A stretch of DNA of 64,000 bases from Candidatus Azotimanducaceae bacterium (GTDB lineage Bacteria; Pseudomonadota; Gammaproteobacteria; Pseudomonadales; Azotimanducaceae): NCBI GenBank assembly GCA_965205965.1, contig CBDBHT010000004.1, positions 49,037 to 113,036 on the forward strand, given 5' to 3'. Made by a program: the position numbers and the translations under genes. Below the pieces are notes generated by a model. The model ran no database searches. It saw only the letters and a program-made list of their open reading frames with translations, and was not told the origin of the DNA. Shown piece after piece: positions 10,970 to 21,704 of the stretch; within the stretch, counting starts at the first letter, position 1; every line of letters begins with the position of its first letter.

Positions 10970-12481
10970 ATGAAGAGCAAGCAAAAGCGCGGCGCGGACC
11001 GGTTGGTGCGTCGGATGGCGAAAGGGGTCCGTCCGGGGCGGATGGAGGTGGACTGCAGTGGAGGCGATCTGAGTTCCAACGGGGGGTCGGTACTGCTGAT
11101 GATGCTGGCCGAGCAGGTCCGGCTGTTCGAGCGCGCCTCGGAATGTTTCACGGACCACCGGGACCCGTCCAAGGTGGCGCATCCGCTAGTGGCGTTGCTG
11201 GGGCAGCGGATCTTGGGTCTCGCGCTGGGCTACGAAGATGTGAACGATCACGACGAGCTGCGGCGGGACCGGGCCCTGTCCACGGCCATGGGGCGTGTGG
11301 AGTGTGCGCGTTCGGACTGCGAGCCGCTGGCCGGCAAAAGCACGCTGAACCGGATGGAGCTGTCGGCGAACGGGCGGGACCCGGCGAAAGCGCGCCAGAT
11401 CACCGTGGATTTCGATGCGCTCGACGAGCTGCTCGTGGAGCTGTACCTGGTGTGGGGCGAGCGGGGCCAGATGCCGAAGCGGTTGGTGCTGGATATCGAT
11501 GCCACGGACGTGGAACTGCACGGCCGGCAGGAGCACCGGTTCTATCACGGGTACTACCATGAATACTGCTACCTGCCGCGGCTGGTGTTCTGCAACGGCT
11601 GGCCGGTGCGGACGGAACTGCGCACGTCGAGCAGCGATGTGGCGGCGGGCGTGGTGGAAACGGTCGCGCCGCTCGTGGACCGGCTGCGGAAGCGATTTCC
11701 GCAGGTGCCGATCCTGATCCGCGCCGACGGGGCCTACTGCCGCGACGAGTTGATGACGTGGTGCGAGGCGCGGGGCGTGGATTACGTGCTGGGACTGCCG
11801 CGCAATGATCGGCTGAAAGACCGGGTACAACCGTTGATGGACGATCTGCGGGACCGGTTGAAGCGGGATCCGGACTATGCGCAGCGAGCGGTCCGCGGCT
11901 ACCAGAGCTTCGACTATCGCACGCGCGACAGCTGGAGCCGCGAACGCCGCGTGATCGCCAAGGCCGAATGGCTGCCGGGACAACCGGTCGGCAACGCGGA
12001 CGGGGAACCGGTCGGCAAGGCCGACGGCGGACCGGAGGCCGGCGCGGAAGACCCATGTGCGACGGTCGGCGAAGCCCGGTACAACAGTCGCTTCGTCGTC
12101 ACCTCGCTCCAGGAGCCCGACGCGCCAACGGTCTACGAAGAGATGTACTGCGACCGGGGTGAGGCCGAAAACTGGATCAAGGAACAGAAGAACGATCTGT
12201 TCCTGGACCGATGCTCCAGCAGCCTCTGGAACGTCAACGCACTCCGGCTCCGGATGAGCGCACTGGCCCATGCCCTTCATTGCATGATGAAGCGCCGGCT
12301 CGAGAACCTTCCGGTATCCGCCATGCTGCGCCGGAGCCGTCCATCGACGCTGCGCAAGTGCCTGTTCCGGATCCCGGTGCGCGTGACGGTGTCCACGCGG
12401 CGGATCCATCTGGCGTTCGGATCCGCCTTCCCGTACTGGAAGGATTTCCGCTTGATCTGGGCCAGCCTGGCACCAACGTAA
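10970..12481 (+). CDS. IS1380-family transposase (apparently intact, 503 aa)
   Basis: Single frame with family motifs: GYEDVNDHDELRRD, LDIDATDVELHGRQE..FYHGYYHEYCYLP, IRADGAYC, YCDRGEAENWIKEQKNDL. The ATG at 10970 is used (MKSKQKRG..). Confidence 0.85.
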   Translation: MKSKQKRGADRLVRRMAKGVRPGRMEVDCSGGDLSSNGGSVLLMMLAEQVRLFERASECFTDHRDPSKVAHPLVALLGQRILGLALGYEDVNDHDELRRDRALSTAMGRVECARSDCEPLAGKSTLNRMELSANGRDPAKARQITVDFDALDELLVELYLVWGERGQMPKRLVLDIDATDVELHGRQEHRFYHGYYHEYCYLPRLVFCNGWPVRTELRTSSSDVAAGVVETVAPLVDRLRKRFPQVPILIRADGAYCRDELMTWCEARGVDYVLGLPRNDRLKDRVQPLMDDLRDRLKRDPDYAQRAVRGYQSFDYRTRDSWSRERRVIAKAEWLPGQPVGNADGEPVGKADGGPEAGAEDPCATVGEARYNSRFVVTSLQEPDAPTVYEEMYCDRGEAENWIKEQKNDLFLDRCSSSLWNVNALRLRMSALAHALHCMMKRRLENLPVSAMLRRSRPSTLRKCLFRIPVRVTVSTRRIHLAFGSAFPYWKDFRLIWASLAPT

Positions 12482-12710
12482 AAGCCCGGTGCCACCGGGT
12501 GCATGACGCTGGCGGCGGAGCGTGCCGGCCTCCCCGCCTCCCCGCGCCCGGATGCTCAGCGATCCGCCGTCCCGCCCGCAAAAAGGCAGGGAAAACACAC
12601 GCATCCCCGCCCTCCGAAGCCTTTTCAAACTCGCGACGCGACATTCCATGCCCCGTACCCCACGCATCCCGTGAAAAACATCATTTTCGACTTGGTTTGA
12701 GAAATCCGGG

Positions 12711-12916
12711 TTAACAGCACAGACCCTCTCGGCAAACCGTCTAGCTCGAGACCAGTCGCCAAGATGTTCTCCAATGATGTGGTTGGACAACTGAAGGCAT
12801 TGCACCGGTTCATTGTCTTCTAGTTCATCGATACTCGATCTTTCTAGTTCCTGTGTTAATCGTTCGCTTTCATCTTCATGGTAACTCCAACCATTTTGGA
12901 TCAGATCTTTAACCAT
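12711..12916 (-). pseudogene. 5' part of the host gene split by IS1380
   Basis: Host-composition ORF start MVKDLIQNGWSYHEDESERL..RFAERVCAV runs into the IS right end. The codon phase matches the 3' part at 10013. Confidence 0.7.
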
Positions 12917-13105
12917 CGTTCCTGCTTAATAGCTCTACAGATACATACACCAGCACGACCGATACACCTCCATAGAGGCGTGTTCAGTTTGAAATTTATA
13001 TCGACTGGACGCTTTTGATCAAGAATACTATTTGTTGGAAATGCAATTTGCAAAGTGTACTAGTTTGATAATGTCCAATAATCATTGCGGGACCGGAAGC
13101 TAAAC

Positions 13106-13813
13106 AAAGAAGGGGTGCCGCAAAATAAGACAATTTTCGATGATGGTGGCTTAAGATGTATGCGACCCGTGTCATACGAATGAACAGGGGCACTATATGA
13201 TAAGCAAACGGGGTTGCCCGGCGGCATTCGCCGACGTTCAAATTCCAGGTGGCGTTGGAAGCTGTGTAAAGGGGAGCAAACGCTGTCGGAGCTGTCGTCG
13301 CGGTTTACACTTCAAGCATCGCAGATCCAGTGCTGGAAAGAAGCGGTTGCTGGAGGAAGGCTCGGCAGTGTTCGAGCGTAAGAGCAAGACAGCCGATTTC
13401 GGGACGTCTCCGGATCTGGATTCGCGGCATCGCAAGACTGGGGAATGGACCATGGAACGAAACTTTCTGCAGGGCAAGCTCGTGCCGTGGACCGAACCCA
13501 AAGGCAGGCGATGATAGATTCCCAGTCGAGTTTGCCGATCACGTGTCAGTGCGAGTGAGGGGATCTGTCTTGCGCCTCGTACTACCATTCCAGGGCACCC
13601 CACGGTGAGACGGAGGGGGCGTTGAACCGGAATTTGGAGGCGATCTACGAAGGTCATCCGTACTACGGCAGTCGACGGATGCGGTTGGCGTTGAGGGACC
13701 GCGGTGGGGATCTGGGACTCCGTCGCATTCGACGGGTGATGCGGGAGATGGGGCTGACACCGATTCATCCGGCGCGTCGGACGAGCGTGCGGGATCCGTC
13801 CCACGAGTGGTAT
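13106..13813 (+). mobile_element. IS3-family 5' fragment (orfA plus the start of orfB), truncated
   Basis: The left end is homologous to the IS3 ends at 45409 and 26282. OrfA-type sequence appears across frames (..SELSSRF..SAVFERKSKTADFG..RKTGEWTMERNFLQGKLVPW). The orfB start (EAIYEGHPYYGSRRMRLALRDRG..IRRVMREMGL) stops abruptly at about 13813, where host-like low-GC DNA resumes. Confidence 0.75.
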
Positions 13814-14206
13814 CATCAAGTCTTGTTAGCAAACCACCAGCTCGTCAGACTAAGGCTTCGGCGGGCTTAGTGCCATCATTCGTTTAGCGCATGCCATGTC
13901 TATCGTCTACAATTACAATCGTTTACGAGATTTGATGTACACTCCAAATCGTATAGTGTCCATCGTGGTAGATCAGCGATATAAGGTGATTGCAGTCGAC
14001 TAAAAGCGAACTATTGAATTGCAAGGTCGTATCATGAATACCTTTGTTGACGATGGTACGTTTTCCGTTCCTCCGGTAGCTAGATTCCGTTAAACTAAAA
14101 GTGATATATCTAGGTATATGATGTTGGAAACATGTTCCTTACGTCGAGTGGAATAATAGGCAGCAGTAACAGGGTGCTACGTATAACTAACGCGCCTTTC
14201 TAAGCA

Positions 14207-15619
14207 ATGGGCGAAACGCTTTACGACAAAATTTGGAACGCACATCTCGTAGGAGCGCGCGAAGATGGTCTGTCGATACTTTACATCGACAGACATTTAC
14301 TTCATGAGGTTACTTCACCACAAGCATTCGAGGGACTACGCCTTGCGAATCGGGTCCCGTGGCGACTAGATACAAACCTAGCTACACCGGATCACAATGT
14401 ACCTACTACAGATCGGTCATTAGGTATAGATGGAATCAGTGACCTGGTTTCTAAAGAGCAAGTAATCGTTCTTGATAAGAATTGCAAAGATTTCAAGATT
14501 CAACAATTTGACATTCACGACATAAGGCAAGGGATTGTCCACGTAGTTGGTCCTGAACAGGGAGCGACTCTTCCAGGCATGACGATTGTCTGTGGTGATT
14601 CGCATACTTCAACACATGGTGCTTTTGCAGCATTGGCCCATGGAATTGGAACTTCTGAAGTCGAACATGTACTTGCCACGCAGTGTTTAGTTCAGCAAAA
14701 GAGTAGCAACATGCGTATTGAAGTAAACGGCTCACTATCTGACGGTGTTTACGCTAAGGACATAATCCTTGCAATCATTAGAACTATTGGGGTAGCTGGT
14801 GCTACGGCACACACAATCGAATATTGTGGTGATGTCGTTACAAGCATGTCGATGGAAGGACGCATGACTATGTGCAATATGTCTATTGAGGCAGGAGCGA
14901 GGGCCGGTTTGATCGCTGTGGATGACAAAACATTGGAATATATCCATGGACGTCCATTTGCTCCATCGGGATCACAATGGGACCAAGCGGAAACGTTCTG
15001 GCAAAGACTTGTTTCTGACGATGGTGCATCGTTTGACCTCACGACCAAAATTAACGCGTCCGGGCTCACACCGCAAGTATCTTGGGGTACAAATCCTGAA
15101 CTTGTTATCGGAATTGGAGAGCTTATTCCAGATCCATCTGATTTTGATGACGCAGCGAAGAGTGAAACGGCTGAACGCGCACTTGAATACATGGATATCC
15201 AACCAGGAATGTCGATAACGGAGTTAGAGCTCGATCGTGTGTTTATCGGATCATGCACTAACGCGCGAATTGAAGACATGCGCGAAGCAGCTAAGGTGAT
15301 TCAAGGTCGTAAAGTATCTAGACGTTTAAAAGGTGCTATCGCAGTTCCGGGGTCTGGACTTGTAAAACGACAGGCAGAAAGAGAGGGATTGGATCAGATT
15401 TTTTTAGATGCAGGTTTTGAATGGCGAGATCCAGGATGCTCTATGTGCTTGGCGATGAACGCAGATCGACTTTTTCCACGGGAACGGTCAGCCTCCACCT
15501 CCAATCGGAATTTTGAAGGCCGGCAAGGACACTTGGGCCGAACGCATCTAGTAAGTCCGGCTACTGCGGCTGCAAGCGCAATTGAAGGACGAATTGCAGA
15601 TCCCCGGAACTACCTCTGA
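14207..15619 (+). CDS. leuC: 3-isopropylmalate dehydratase large subunit
   Basis: 470 aa. Aconitase-family motifs: [15 protein letters not shown]-like ([18 protein letters not shown]), [20 protein letters not shown]. It is followed by leuD and leuB. Confidence 0.95.
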   Translation: MGETLYDKIWNAHLVGAREDGLSILYIDRHLLHEVTSPQAFEGLRLANRVPWRLDTNLATPDHNVPTTDRSLGIDGISDLVSKEQVIVLDKNCKDFKIQQFDIHDIRQGIVHVVGPEQGATLPGMTIVCGDSHTSTHGAFAALAHGIGTSEVEHVLATQCLVQQKSSNMRIEVNGSLSDGVYAKDIILAIIRTIGVAGATAHTIEYCGDVVTSMSMEGRMTMCNMSIEAGARAGLIAVDDKTLEYIHGRPFAPSGSQWDQAETFWQRLVSDDGASFDLTTKINASGLTPQVSWGTNPELVIGIGELIPDPSDFDDAAKSETAERALEYMDIQPGMSITELELDRVFIGSCTNARIEDMREAAKVIQGRKVSRRLKGAIAVPGSGLVKRQAEREGLDQIFLDAGFEWRDPGCSMCLAMNADRLFPRERSASTSNRNFEGRQGHLGRTHLVSPATAAASAIEGRIADPRNYL

Positions 15620-16284
15620 TGAATGACTCAGTACTGACCGTTTTCACGGTTCATGAGGGGATCGCCGTCCCACTTGACCGTGCAAACGTAGATACTGATC
15701 AAATTATTCCTAAGCAGTTTCTTAAATCGATCCAGCGTACGGGATTTGGCGATAATCTTTTTGACGCATGGAGATTCCATGACGAAGGGGGAATCGGTAT
15801 ACGACTTGAAGATAGGCAAGTCAACAAGTCCTTTGTTTTTAACGATCATCGGTATGTTGACGCGTCGATTCTTCTCGCACGTCGAAATTTTGGCTGTGGA
15901 TCGAGTCGCGAACACGCAGTTTGGGCTCTGCAACAATATGGTTTCAAATGTGTAATCGCTCCTTCGTTTGCTGACATATTCTTCAACAACTGTTTCAAGA
16001 ACGGTCTATTGCCTGTTGTTTTAAATGAGTCTGCAATTGATCAACTGTTCGAATCTGCGACCGGGCCAAGAGCTATTTCGGTTCTTGTTGATTTGAATGA
16101 GCAGTTCGTGCGCGTGGGAAGTAACTTTAAAGTGCACTTCGATATCGACGAAATACGCAAGATTCACATGATCAACGGACTCGATGAAATCGGCTTGACG
16201 CTCAAGCATAAGCAGCTAATTCGAGAGTTTGAACAACGACATCGACAACGTATGCCTTGGCTCTTTGAGAACAATCATGGTTGA
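15619..16284 (+). CDS. leuD: 3-isopropylmalate dehydratase small subunit
   Basis: 221 aa. [14 protein letters not shown] and [15 protein letters not shown] motifs. Its start overlaps the leuC stop. Confidence 0.95.
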   Translation: MNDSVLTVFTVHEGIAVPLDRANVDTDQIIPKQFLKSIQRTGFGDNLFDAWRFHDEGGIGIRLEDRQVNKSFVFNDHRYVDASILLARRNFGCGSSREHAVWALQQYGFKCVIAPSFADIFFNNCFKNGLLPVVLNESAIDQLFESATGPRAISVLVDLNEQFVRVGSNFKVHFDIDEIRKIHMINGLDEIGLTLKHKQLIREFEQRHRQRMPWLFENNHG

Positions 16285-17365
16285 TCGATCAGCCAAGATA
16301 TTGATCCTCCCCGGTGACGGGATTGGCGCGGAAGTTATGCCGCATGTTTTACGCGTTCTTGAAGCCGCTAGTTCGGAAGCATTTGAACTAAAGTTCACTG
16401 AGGCTGATATTGGGGGTATTGCAATAGATCGTCACGGTACGCCACTACCAGATGAAACTTTGACTTTGGCGCAAGTTGCGGATGCGGTGTTGCTCGGTGC
16501 TGTTGGGGGACCAAAATGGGACCGTTTGCCTATGGATCAGCGACCTGAAAAAGGATTACTAGGAATACGAGCTGGACTAGATGTGTTTGCTAATCTACGT
16601 CCGGCGATAACTTTTCATGCGCTTGCTTCTGCTTCGTCGCTTAAGCATGAATTGATTGCTGGACTCGATATCCTCATCCTACGGGAGTTAACGGGTGGCA
16701 TTTATTTCGGCGAACCACGAGGCATAACGAAAGAGAATGGGCTTCGCAAAGGCTTCAATACTTACGTGTATAAAGAAGAAGAAATTGTTCGAATTGCGCG
16801 CGTGGCTTTTGAACTTGCCCGCGAACGGCGCGGACGGGTTTGCTCCGTTGATAAGGCCAATGTATTGGAAGTCACCAAACTATGGCGCGACGTCGTTGCT
16901 GAAGTTCATGATGAGTATTTGGATATCGAGTTATCACACATGTATGTTGACAATGCTGCAATGCAGCTGGTCCGGGAGCCCAAGCAGTTTGATGTGATTG
17001 TTACTGGCAATATGTTCGGTGACATTCTTTCAGATATCGCTGCAATGCTTACGGGTTCTTTGGGCATGTTACCTTCCGCGTCGTTAAACGCTAGCAATCA
17101 GGGGTTGTATGAACCCGTGCATGGAACAGCTCCAGATATTGCAGGTCGAAATATCGCTAACCCTTTAGCGACGCTTCTGTCGGGTGCCCTGATGTTCCGG
17201 TACAGTCTTGCTGCTAGCGATATAGCGGACAAGATTGAAAGGGCGGTAAGCTGTGTACTTCAGGCTGGACTACGAACGGCCGATATCGCACCTAGCGACA
17301 CCAGCGAAGGCGTTCACGTCATCGGCACTAAAGAGATGACTGACGAAGTCATCAAAGTTATCTAG
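16277..17365 (+). CDS. leuB: 3-isopropylmalate dehydrogenase
   Basis: [43 protein letters not shown] motifs. The ATG at 16277 overlaps the leuD stop (ATGGTTGA). Confidence 0.95.
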   Translation: MVDRSAKILILPGDGIGAEVMPHVLRVLEAASSEAFELKFTEADIGGIAIDRHGTPLPDETLTLAQVADAVLLGAVGGPKWDRLPMDQRPEKGLLGIRAGLDVFANLRPAITFHALASASSLKHELIAGLDILILRELTGGIYFGEPRGITKENGLRKGFNTYVYKEEEIVRIARVAFELARERRGRVCSVDKANVLEVTKLWRDVVAEVHDEYLDIELSHMYVDNAAMQLVREPKQFDVIVTGNMFGDILSDIAAMLTGSLGMLPSASLNASNQGLYEPVHGTAPDIAGRNIANPLATLLSGALMFRYSLAASDIADKIERAVSCVLQAGLRTADIAPSDTSEGVHVIGTKEMTDEVIKVI

Positions 17366-17383
17366 TCAGGAAGCAGAAGGAAG

Positions 17384-18400
17384 ATGCAATCATTAAACGT
17401 GGCAATTGTTGGAGCGACCGGAGCCGTGGGTGAGTCACTTCGCGAAATCTTACAGGAACGTGATTTCCCGATGGGCGACGTGCATTTGCTAGCTAGCCCT
17501 CGGTCAGCAGGGTCTCGTTTTGAAATACGTGGCCGCTACAGGACCGTTCAGGTTTTGGATGAGTTCGATTTTGCGGATACGCAGGTAGCTTTCTTTTCTG
17601 CTGGTAGATCGGTGTCTGCGATACACGCGCCGAGGGCTGCTGATGCAGGGGCAATTGTGATCGATAACACTTCACAATTTCGCTATGAAGACCATGTTCC
17701 TTTGGTCGTGCCGGAAGTTAACCGAGAACGCGTAAAGGACGGCATTACCACCGGTATTATCGCTAACCCTAACTGCTCAACTATTCAAATGGTTATTGCA
17801 CTGAAACCGATTTACGATGCAGTTGGCATTGAGCGGGTCAATGTAGCCACGTACCAAGCAGTTTCTGGTGCTGGAAATAGAGCTATCAAGGAATTGGCAT
17901 CACAAACGGTGGGCATTCTCAATGCCAAGCCCATCGATCCAGACGTTCATCCCGTGCAAATTGCTTTTAACGCTATTCCACAGATCGGCAAGTTCCAAGA
18001 AAACGGTTACACTCAAGAAGAGATGAAAATGGTTTGGGAAACTCGGAAGATCTTTGAAGATGATTCTATCCAAGTAAATCCAACGTGCGTTCGAATTGCC
18101 GTTTTTGTTGGACATTCTGAAGCTATCCATGTTGAGACCTCAGAAGAAATATCCGAGCACGAAGCGAAAGAACTATTCAATTCATCACCAAGTGTGCAAC
18201 TCGTTGATGAACACCAAGACGGGGGGTATCCAACCGCCGTAGGTCACGCAGCTGGATCAAATAAAGTGTTCGTCGGACGTGTGCGTAAAGATATTACGCA
18301 TCCGTGTGGACTCAATATGTGGGTAGTGGCCGATAACGTACGTAACGGTGGTGCGTTTAACAGTGTACAGATTGCGGAAGAGCTAGCCTCACTTTTATAG
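17384..18400 (+). CDS. asd: aspartate-semialdehyde dehydrogenase
   Basis: 338 aa. VGATGAVG NAD motif, active-site NPNCSTIQ and YQAVSGAG. Confidence 0.93.
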   Translation: MQSLNVAIVGATGAVGESLREILQERDFPMGDVHLLASPRSAGSRFEIRGRYRTVQVLDEFDFADTQVAFFSAGRSVSAIHAPRAADAGAIVIDNTSQFRYEDHVPLVVPEVNRERVKDGITTGIIANPNCSTIQMVIALKPIYDAVGIERVNVATYQAVSGAGNRAIKELASQTVGILNAKPIDPDVHPVQIAFNAIPQIGKFQENGYTQEEMKMVWETRKIFEDDSIQVNPTCVRIAVFVGHSEAIHVETSEEISEHEAKELFNSSPSVQLVDEHQDGGYPTAVGHAAGSNKVFVGRVRKDITHPCGLNMWVVADNVRNGGAFNSVQIAEELASLL

Positions 18401-18447
18401 CGATTTGTTTTGCCGTCGCTCGACGGACTTCGATCTGACAAAAAGAG

Positions 18448-19281
18448 ATGGTGGAAAGCAGGGGAAACGTTGTATTAGGTATTGAATACGACGGATCTGG
18501 ATTTAAAGGATTCCAGTATCAGCCTGGAGAGCGCACCGTTCAAGGTAGTTTGGAAAGGGCATTATCTAAAATTGCCAACGAACCAGTCCACGTAGTGGCG
18601 GCTGGCCGCACTGACACGGGAGTACATGCAACGCATCAAGTTGTTAGTTTTCCAAACATGGTTGATAGACCTGTGGTAGCTTGGCATCGTGGCGTTAATA
18701 CTTATCTGCCACATGACATCGCTGTCGTATGGTCAAAAATTGAAGATCCCTGTTTTCATGCTCGATTCTCCGCGTGCTGGAGACGATACATGTATGTATT
18801 TGGTGAATCAGAAACTATACCAGCGATTGGAACGAGTATGGCCGCTTGGTATCGAAATAAATTGAACGAACGATTGATGCATGATACGGCACAGATTTTG
18901 GCTGGAGAACTTGATTTTTCGTCATTTCAAGCAGCTCAGTGCCAATCGTCCACCGCGATGCGATGTGTACACAAAATATCGGTTAAACGAGCTGGTAATT
19001 TTGTCGTTTTGGATCTCACGGCTAATGCGTTTCTTCTTCGTATGGTGCGTAATATCGCAGGTACTTTGCTTGCAGTTTCACGAGGAAAGCTGAACAAGCA
19101 AGAAGTGAAAGAGATCCTCAAAAGCAAAGACCGAAATTTGACACCACCGACGGCACCAGCGAGTGGACTTTATTTAGTACAGGTGGGATATGCTTCACGA
19201 TATATACAACCCAAACTTCGTATTCCATCGATAGTCGGTTGTGATTTATGTCATCATAAGTATGAGAGAAATTCCTTCTGA
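18448..19281 (+). CDS. truA: tRNA pseudouridine(38-40) synthase
   Basis: LGIEYDGSGFKGFQYQ, catalytic GRTDTGVHA and RMVRNIAG motifs. Confidence 0.92.
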   Translation: MVESRGNVVLGIEYDGSGFKGFQYQPGERTVQGSLERALSKIANEPVHVVAAGRTDTGVHATHQVVSFPNMVDRPVVAWHRGVNTYLPHDIAVVWSKIEDPCFHARFSACWRRYMYVFGESETIPAIGTSMAAWYRNKLNERLMHDTAQILAGELDFSSFQAAQCQSSTAMRCVHKISVKRAGNFVVLDLTANAFLLRMVRNIAGTLLAVSRGKLNKQEVKEILKSKDRNLTPPTAPASGLYLVQVGYASRYIQPKLRIPSIVGCDLCHHKYERNSF

Positions 19282-19291
19282 TGACAGATAT

Positions 19292-20320
19292 CTAAGAAGA
19301 TCCAAGAGAAAGCAAATTTTCCACGGGCTGATAGGGTGCTTCTAGATAAGCAATGTCTTTTTCGTCTAATCTAACGGTAGCCGCTTCAATTAATTGATTC
19401 AACTGATCAATTTTTGACACTCCAATAACTGGGGCGGTAATTTCTGGTTTATTCATTAACCATGCCAACGAGATCTGAGCGGCTGTTTTACCCAAGCGGT
19501 CTGCAATTTCGACAACACGATCGACAATATGAAATGTTGCTGTTCCGCGATAGAGCGATTCGGTACGCATTCTGTCACGACCTGACGAACGGCGCGTTGA
19601 ACCCTCGTCAAAACTACCTTGGTAGGATCCGGTAAGTATCCCGCGTGCTAGCGGTGACCATGGCGTAAGTGCGATACCATTTTGCATACAATATGGATTC
19701 ATTTCACGTTCTTCTTCTCGATAAACTAAGTTGTAGTGATTTTGCATAGAGACAAATGGAGTCCAACCGTTCATCTTAGCAACCATCTGCAATTCAACGA
19801 GTTGCCAAGCGAACATTGACGACGCACCGAGATAAAGTACTTTGCCAACCTTCACAAGGTCGTGAAGTGCTTCTAACGTCTCCTCGATTGGTGTCGGAGC
19901 TCTGCCTGGAACACCATGTGGGTGCCTATGTATGACAAGATGATCAATATAGTCCATACGAAGTCTTTTTAAGCTCGCGTCAACGCCTTCCATAATATGC
20001 TTACGGGAGAGACCTCCTTGATTAGCTCCGGGACCCATGGGCATAGCGGTTTTTGTGGCTAACACATAATCTTCGCGAGGGAACAATTCACGAAGTAGTG
20101 TGCCAACGATTTCTTCGCTGGCACCTATCCCGTAGCTATCTGCACAGTCGAAATAAAATAAGCCGTTATCAAATGCTGTTTTGATAATCGGTCGGGCGTC
20201 ATCAATATTTAACGTCCAATCACCTTGATGACCTTGGCCTGGTTTACCGAAATTCATAGTACCAAGACATATTTCGGATACTTGTAAACCGGATTTGCCT
20301 AACTGTGTTGCGTTGAGCAT
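19292..20320 (-). CDS. aldo/keto reductase
   Basis: 342 aa. LGTMNFG, FDCADSYG, HRHPHGVP.., LYLGASSMFAWQ and the typical AKR C-terminus. Confidence 0.85.
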   Translation of the reverse strand: MLNATQLGKSGLQVSEICLGTMNFGKPGQGHQGDWTLNIDDARPIIKTAFDNGLFYFDCADSYGIGASEEIVGTLLRELFPREDYVLATKTAMPMGPGANQGGLSRKHIMEGVDASLKRLRMDYIDHLVIHRHPHGVPGRAPTPIEETLEALHDLVKVGKVLYLGASSMFAWQLVELQMVAKMNGWTPFVSMQNHYNLVYREEEREMNPYCMQNGIALTPWSPLARGILTGSYQGSFDEGSTRRSSGRDRMRTESLYRGTATFHIVDRVVEIADRLGKTAAQISLAWLMNKPEITAPVIGVSKIDQLNQLIEAATVRLDEKDIAYLEAPYQPVENLLSLGSS

Positions 20321-20690
20321 AGAAAGTTCCCGAGCCTGATCTTTTAAATTATAGAGGCGAAGGTCGTATGACGTCTTTCACGGTGATAAAGATAAGTTAG
20401 GATAATGCTTGAGATCGGCAGTAGCCGGTTGTTTCTATCAGTGAGCTCAGGCTTGAAACCAACCCAACTGGTTGACGGTACCAAGCGGACGCGTCATACG
20501 AAAGTCAGTACATGAACTTTATCGTGTTGAATGTGGCGATGATAGCCGGCCCTTGGATATCCACGCTCAAGTTTAGCTCGGTAATTTCTTATGCTACGAT
20601 CGCTGAGGTCCAATACTCTCCGAATATGAAAATATTCCGGCATGACTGAACCAGTATCAACGAGCGAATAACACAATCCATGGCTTAGGA

Positions 20691-21071
20691 CTATCGCTGT
20701 TCCGTTTGTTGAGGAAAACCCTCAAGTAGATGCTTAATTTTCTCTGGAGATCTTGTAATCACTGCACGACCATTCCTTACGATCACCGGCCGCTGCATAA
20801 GAATAGGGTGCTCAAGGAGTAACTCAACAACTGCTTCTGCAGAGGTGTAGTCGCTTGCGTTTAGCCCGAGTTTCTCAAAATTATGGTCCTTGCGTACAAA
20901 TGCTTCGGGGGGATCGTCCGCCATATTTAAGACCGATCCCAACGTAGCCTTGTTAAGAGGTGTTTTTAGGTACTCGACGATCTCAAATTCAATATTGTGT
21001 TCACGTAGGTCGTCCGTTGCTATTCGACATTTATTACAGCGGGGGTTGTAGTAGATGAAAAGAGATTCCAT
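20691..21071 (-). CDS. ArsC/Spx/YffB-family reductase-like protein
   Basis: 126 aa. IYYNPRCNKCR near the N-terminus, YLKTPL, and LMQRPVIV near the C-terminus, as in ArsC-family thioredoxin-fold proteins. Confidence 0.75.
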   Translation of the reverse strand: MESLFIYYNPRCNKCRIATDDLREHNIEFEIVEYLKTPLNKATLGSVLNMADDPPEAFVRKDHNFEKLGLNASDYTSAEAVVELLLEHPILMQRPVIVRNGRAVITRSPEKIKHLLEGFPQQTEQR

Positions 21072-21704
21072 ATAGGCTGCTCGTTACAGTATTGGGTTGG
21101 CTGACAATAGAGAGTATAGAACTATCGCGAAGATCATAAAATTATCATAGCATCATAAGCAATGCCATCATTGATTGATAGTAAGTATGGTATTGGGCTG
21201 AGTTTATCGCGACAAACCTAAAAGATGGCGTAAAAAGAAACCATGCACTACTTTGGAATGGCTAATGCTGCAACGGATGGTGTAGGTCCAATGCTGGTCC
21301 ATCATAGATGGAAAGTCTACATACTAAGAAAATCGTTACAGATATGAACACACAGGCTGTATTACGTATTTGACCAGCATCTCGTTGATTATGACTGCCT
21401 AACAGGAGGATATTCCACGATGAGTGCCTTTTTCTCTAGATATCACAATACACGTAACACGCAATAGGCTGCAGCAAAACCCTCGCCGTACCAATGAACG
21501 TAATCTGCCTAAATTAAAACCGCTTCAATACCTCGTACTTAGCTGGATGTCTATAGCTAGTGTCTGTGCGAAAACCCTGACAATTGTATCAAAGCATTGA
21601 TTATTGCGGCATGGGAGGGTATTTTGAGCTAAAATGCTACAGGTGAAGATTGCCGTTGGAGGCGTTGAAATGGGCTTTTTTAAGGGTTTCAGGGGGGTGG
21701 GGCT

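Larger units (their letters stand above)
10014..12710 (+). mobile_element. IS1380-family element with a mosaic interior
   Basis: Terminal IRs CCCTTATTTCTCA (10014-) and the reverse complement CCCGGATTTCTCA (-12710), 11 of 13 matching. A 4-bp TTAA duplication sits at 10010-10013 and 12711-12714. It contains an intact IS1380 transposase, a diverged duplicate of the IS1380 5' region (10130-10400) and a deleted DUF4338-IS4 fragment. Confidence 0.8.

Noticed and set aside
11186-12916. Very long ORFs antisense to or out of frame with the transposases in the G+C-rich blocks. Examples: 11186-12916 (576 aa), 8134-9267 (377 aa), 7899-9185 (428 aa), 39768-40700 (310 aa), 47475-48392 (305 aa), 63051-63941 (296 aa), 57902-58564 and 31454-32086.
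   Set aside because: These are Arg/Pro/Ala/Gly-rich low-complexity translations, typical of stop-poor high-GC DNA. Each overlaps a frame with clear transposase motifs. 11186-12916 is a chimera of a real host N-terminus (12716-12916) and IS antisense sequence.
13870-14206. leu operon leader peptide or attenuator upstream of leuC.
   Set aside because: No short ORF with a run of Leu codons and no terminator/antiterminator pair could be found by eye. The region directly abuts a truncated IS3 fragment, so the native control region may be lost.
20494-20676. Small ORFs of host composition as possible toxin-antitoxin or regulatory genes: 20494-20676, 44041-44229, 49228-49461, 49533-49817, 59725-59910 and 62278-62490.
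   Set aside because: I found no recognisable motifs. 49533-49817 has a faint AP2/integrase-arm-like look (SIYKHRQGSYHSYRVARSIDGTLRQAYF), and 59725-59910 may be the tail of a gene cut by the IS630 insertion. There is not enough evidence to annotate any of them.
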